Positions 55,335 to 56,816 of a stretch of DNA of 56,816 nucleotides are shown piece after piece. The stretch is from the IMG/VR virus record IMGVR_UViG_3300009159_000084, positions 1 through 56,816 of that record; one strand, given 5' to 3'. The position numbers and the translations under genes were made by a program. The notes beneath the pieces were generated by a model. It was not told the DNA's origin and made no database searches. It was given only the letters and a program-made list of their open reading frames with translations. How positions within the stretch are numbered: the stretch's first letter is position 1; every line of letters starts with the position of its first letter. The stretch is from a virus (taxonomy: Duplodnaviria > Caudoviricetes).

Positions 55335-56068
55335 TGGGTCTCGGCGCTGCTGCATCTAGTGGATTATCTTCAGGGGGAAAAGCAAGAAGTGCTGCTCAAG
55401 CGCCATTAAGTATTGGCGTGGGTATTAACGCTAATTTCACTAACACTGCAACTGGCACATATTCTTCAAGTGGCGTAAACTATAAATACGTTACCTATAA
55501 TTCTACAAGTTCAGTCACTTTTGACTCTACTGGTTACGCATCTATGCTTGTTGTCGGCGGTGGCGGCGGTGGTCATTATGACGGAAATACTGCTGGTGCT
55601 ACTGGTGGCGGTGGCGGTGTTCGTGAACACATTTTTTATGTAACTGCTGGAACTTACACCGTAACTATTGGCGCTGGTGGAGGCGTTTCTACCGTTGGTG
55701 GAACTTCTGATCTTGTTAATATACTTAAAGCCGGTGGTGGAGGTGGAGCATTAAGTCAAATTAATGCTACATGCGATCCTTTTTATGATAGACCCGGTGT
55801 TGGCGGTGGAGTTGGTCAAGGAGCCTTTTTTCTTACATATACACAGACTGGTTACGGATCAAATGGTAGTGGTGCAGGTGGAACTATTTACGGATCAACA
55901 GCGCAATCTGGTGTTACAAGTTCTATAAACAACACTTCGACTGAATACGGTAAGGCTGTCACTTACAACGGTGGTGCTGGTGCAGGAGCAGCAAACACTG
56001 GAACTGGTGGCGGTCGTGGTACTGCCGGTGGGTCAGGAATCATTATTGTGCGAGTGAGGACTAACTAA
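55334..56068 (+). CDS. Glycine-rich tail-associated protein (copy 4)
   Basis: LVVGGGGGG..YTVTIGAGG..ANTG.GG..GSGIIIVR. Confidence 0.7.
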   Translation: MGLGAAASSGLSSGGKARSAAQAPLSIGVGINANFTNTATGTYSSSGVNYKYVTYNSTSSVTFDSTGYASMLVVGGGGGGHYDGNTAGATGGGGGVREHIFYVTAGTYTVTIGAGGGVSTVGGTSDLVNILKAGGGGGALSQINATCDPFYDRPGVGGGVGQGAFFLTYTQTGYGSNGSGAGGTIYGSTAQSGVTSSINNTSTEYGKAVTYNGGAGAGAANTGTGGGRGTAGGSGIIIVRVRTN

Positions 56069-56105
56069 TGCACGATAGTATTAGCCCAGACACGGCGGAG
56101 GAATA

Positions 56106-56816
56106 ATGGCAACGATTAGTACCGTACCGCGTCCCGCGTATGTCTACGACGCGAGCGCAAGCACTTGGTACCCGATAGGTGGGCAGGCACAAGCCTTCCT
56201 GAGTGTGTATGAATATTCCGCTTCGGCCGGTCAAACCACGTTTTCGGGTGCGGATCTCAACTCAGCGAGCCTGTCATACACTTCTAATGCCCTGTCATTA
56301 TTCCTTAACGGTGTGCTGCTTGCCCCCGGTGATGATTACACGGCTACTTCGGGGTCGTCTGTGGTGTTGGCTTCGGGAGCCGCCGCATCTGACTACTTGA
56401 TCGCTCAAGCAATCACGTCATTCACTGTCGCTAATACTTATACTCAGGCTCAAGTTGATGGCTATCTTGCGTCAAAATCGGCTAGTGCTACTACATATAC
56501 GAGTTCTCAGGTTGATGGTTATCTTGCATTAAAAGCAAATCTTGCTGGGCCTACCTTTACGGGTACGGTAACCATTCCAACAGAATCAGTAACTACTTCA
56601 ACTATTGGAACATTAACTGTATCTACAAAACTTATTGCAGAAGAACAAATGCAGATTGCTCTTTCTGACGAAACAACCGCAATCACAACTGGCACAGGCA
56701 AACTTACAATGCGAGCACCATTTGCATTAACTCTTACGCAAATCCCTAGAGCATCTGTAAATACTGCGTCTTCATCTGGTTTGCCAACAGTTGATATTAA
56801 CGTTGGCGGCACATCA
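56106..56816 (+). CDS. Tail fibre/structural protein, runs off the end
   Basis: Open frame MATISTVPRPAYVYD..LFLNGVLL..DYTA..ALSDETTAITTGTGK..; RBS GGAGG. Confidence 0.75.
   Translation, partial: MATISTVPRPAYVYDASASTWYPIGGQAQAFLSVYEYSASAGQTTFSGADLNSASLSYTSNALSLFLNGVLLAPGDDYTATSGSSVVLASGAAASDYLIAQAITSFTVANTYTQAQVDGYLASKSASATTYTSSQVDGYLALKANLAGPTFTGTVTIPTESVTTSTIGTLTVSTKLIAEEQMQIALSDETTAITTGTGKLTMRAPFALTLTQIPRASVNTASSSGLPTVDINVGGTS

Overview
The window looks like an essentially complete, circularly permuted genome of a tailed dsDNA siphophage. The ORF running off the 3' end (56106->) continues in the ORF fragment at 1-157, with a few codons missing. The host is most likely an actinobacterium: two WhiB genes, an r1t-type holin, an SSB ending DEPPF, and many TANNNT/leaderless promoters. 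Gene order: Gly-rich tail/fibre genes, then a sulfotransferase/glycosyltransferase cassette, lysis genes, Gam/Rad52/replication initiator/HNH/RusA, a tandem-ParB gene and the terminases. A ~12 kb island of small genes driven by a repeated CCGGGG/extended -10 promoter follows, then portal, MuF, two modular polyproteins, an XkdF-type protease, Dps, scaffold, capsid, neck, two tail-tube paralogues, chaperone, tape measure and minor tail genes. I saw no integrase, DNA polymerase, tRNA or CRISPR array. The best candidate for an undescribed system is in the head module. Polyproteins there carry a repeated K-HPGHSDQxVHG tag in front of unrelated effector domains (zeta toxin, an HhH-like domain, a possible SAM-lyase-like domain), with Lys-containing putative maturation-protease sites between modules. 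Short acidic candidate antitoxins follow, one fused to a prohead protease that itself appears split with the scaffold. All family assignments come from motif recognition by eye; no database searches were run.
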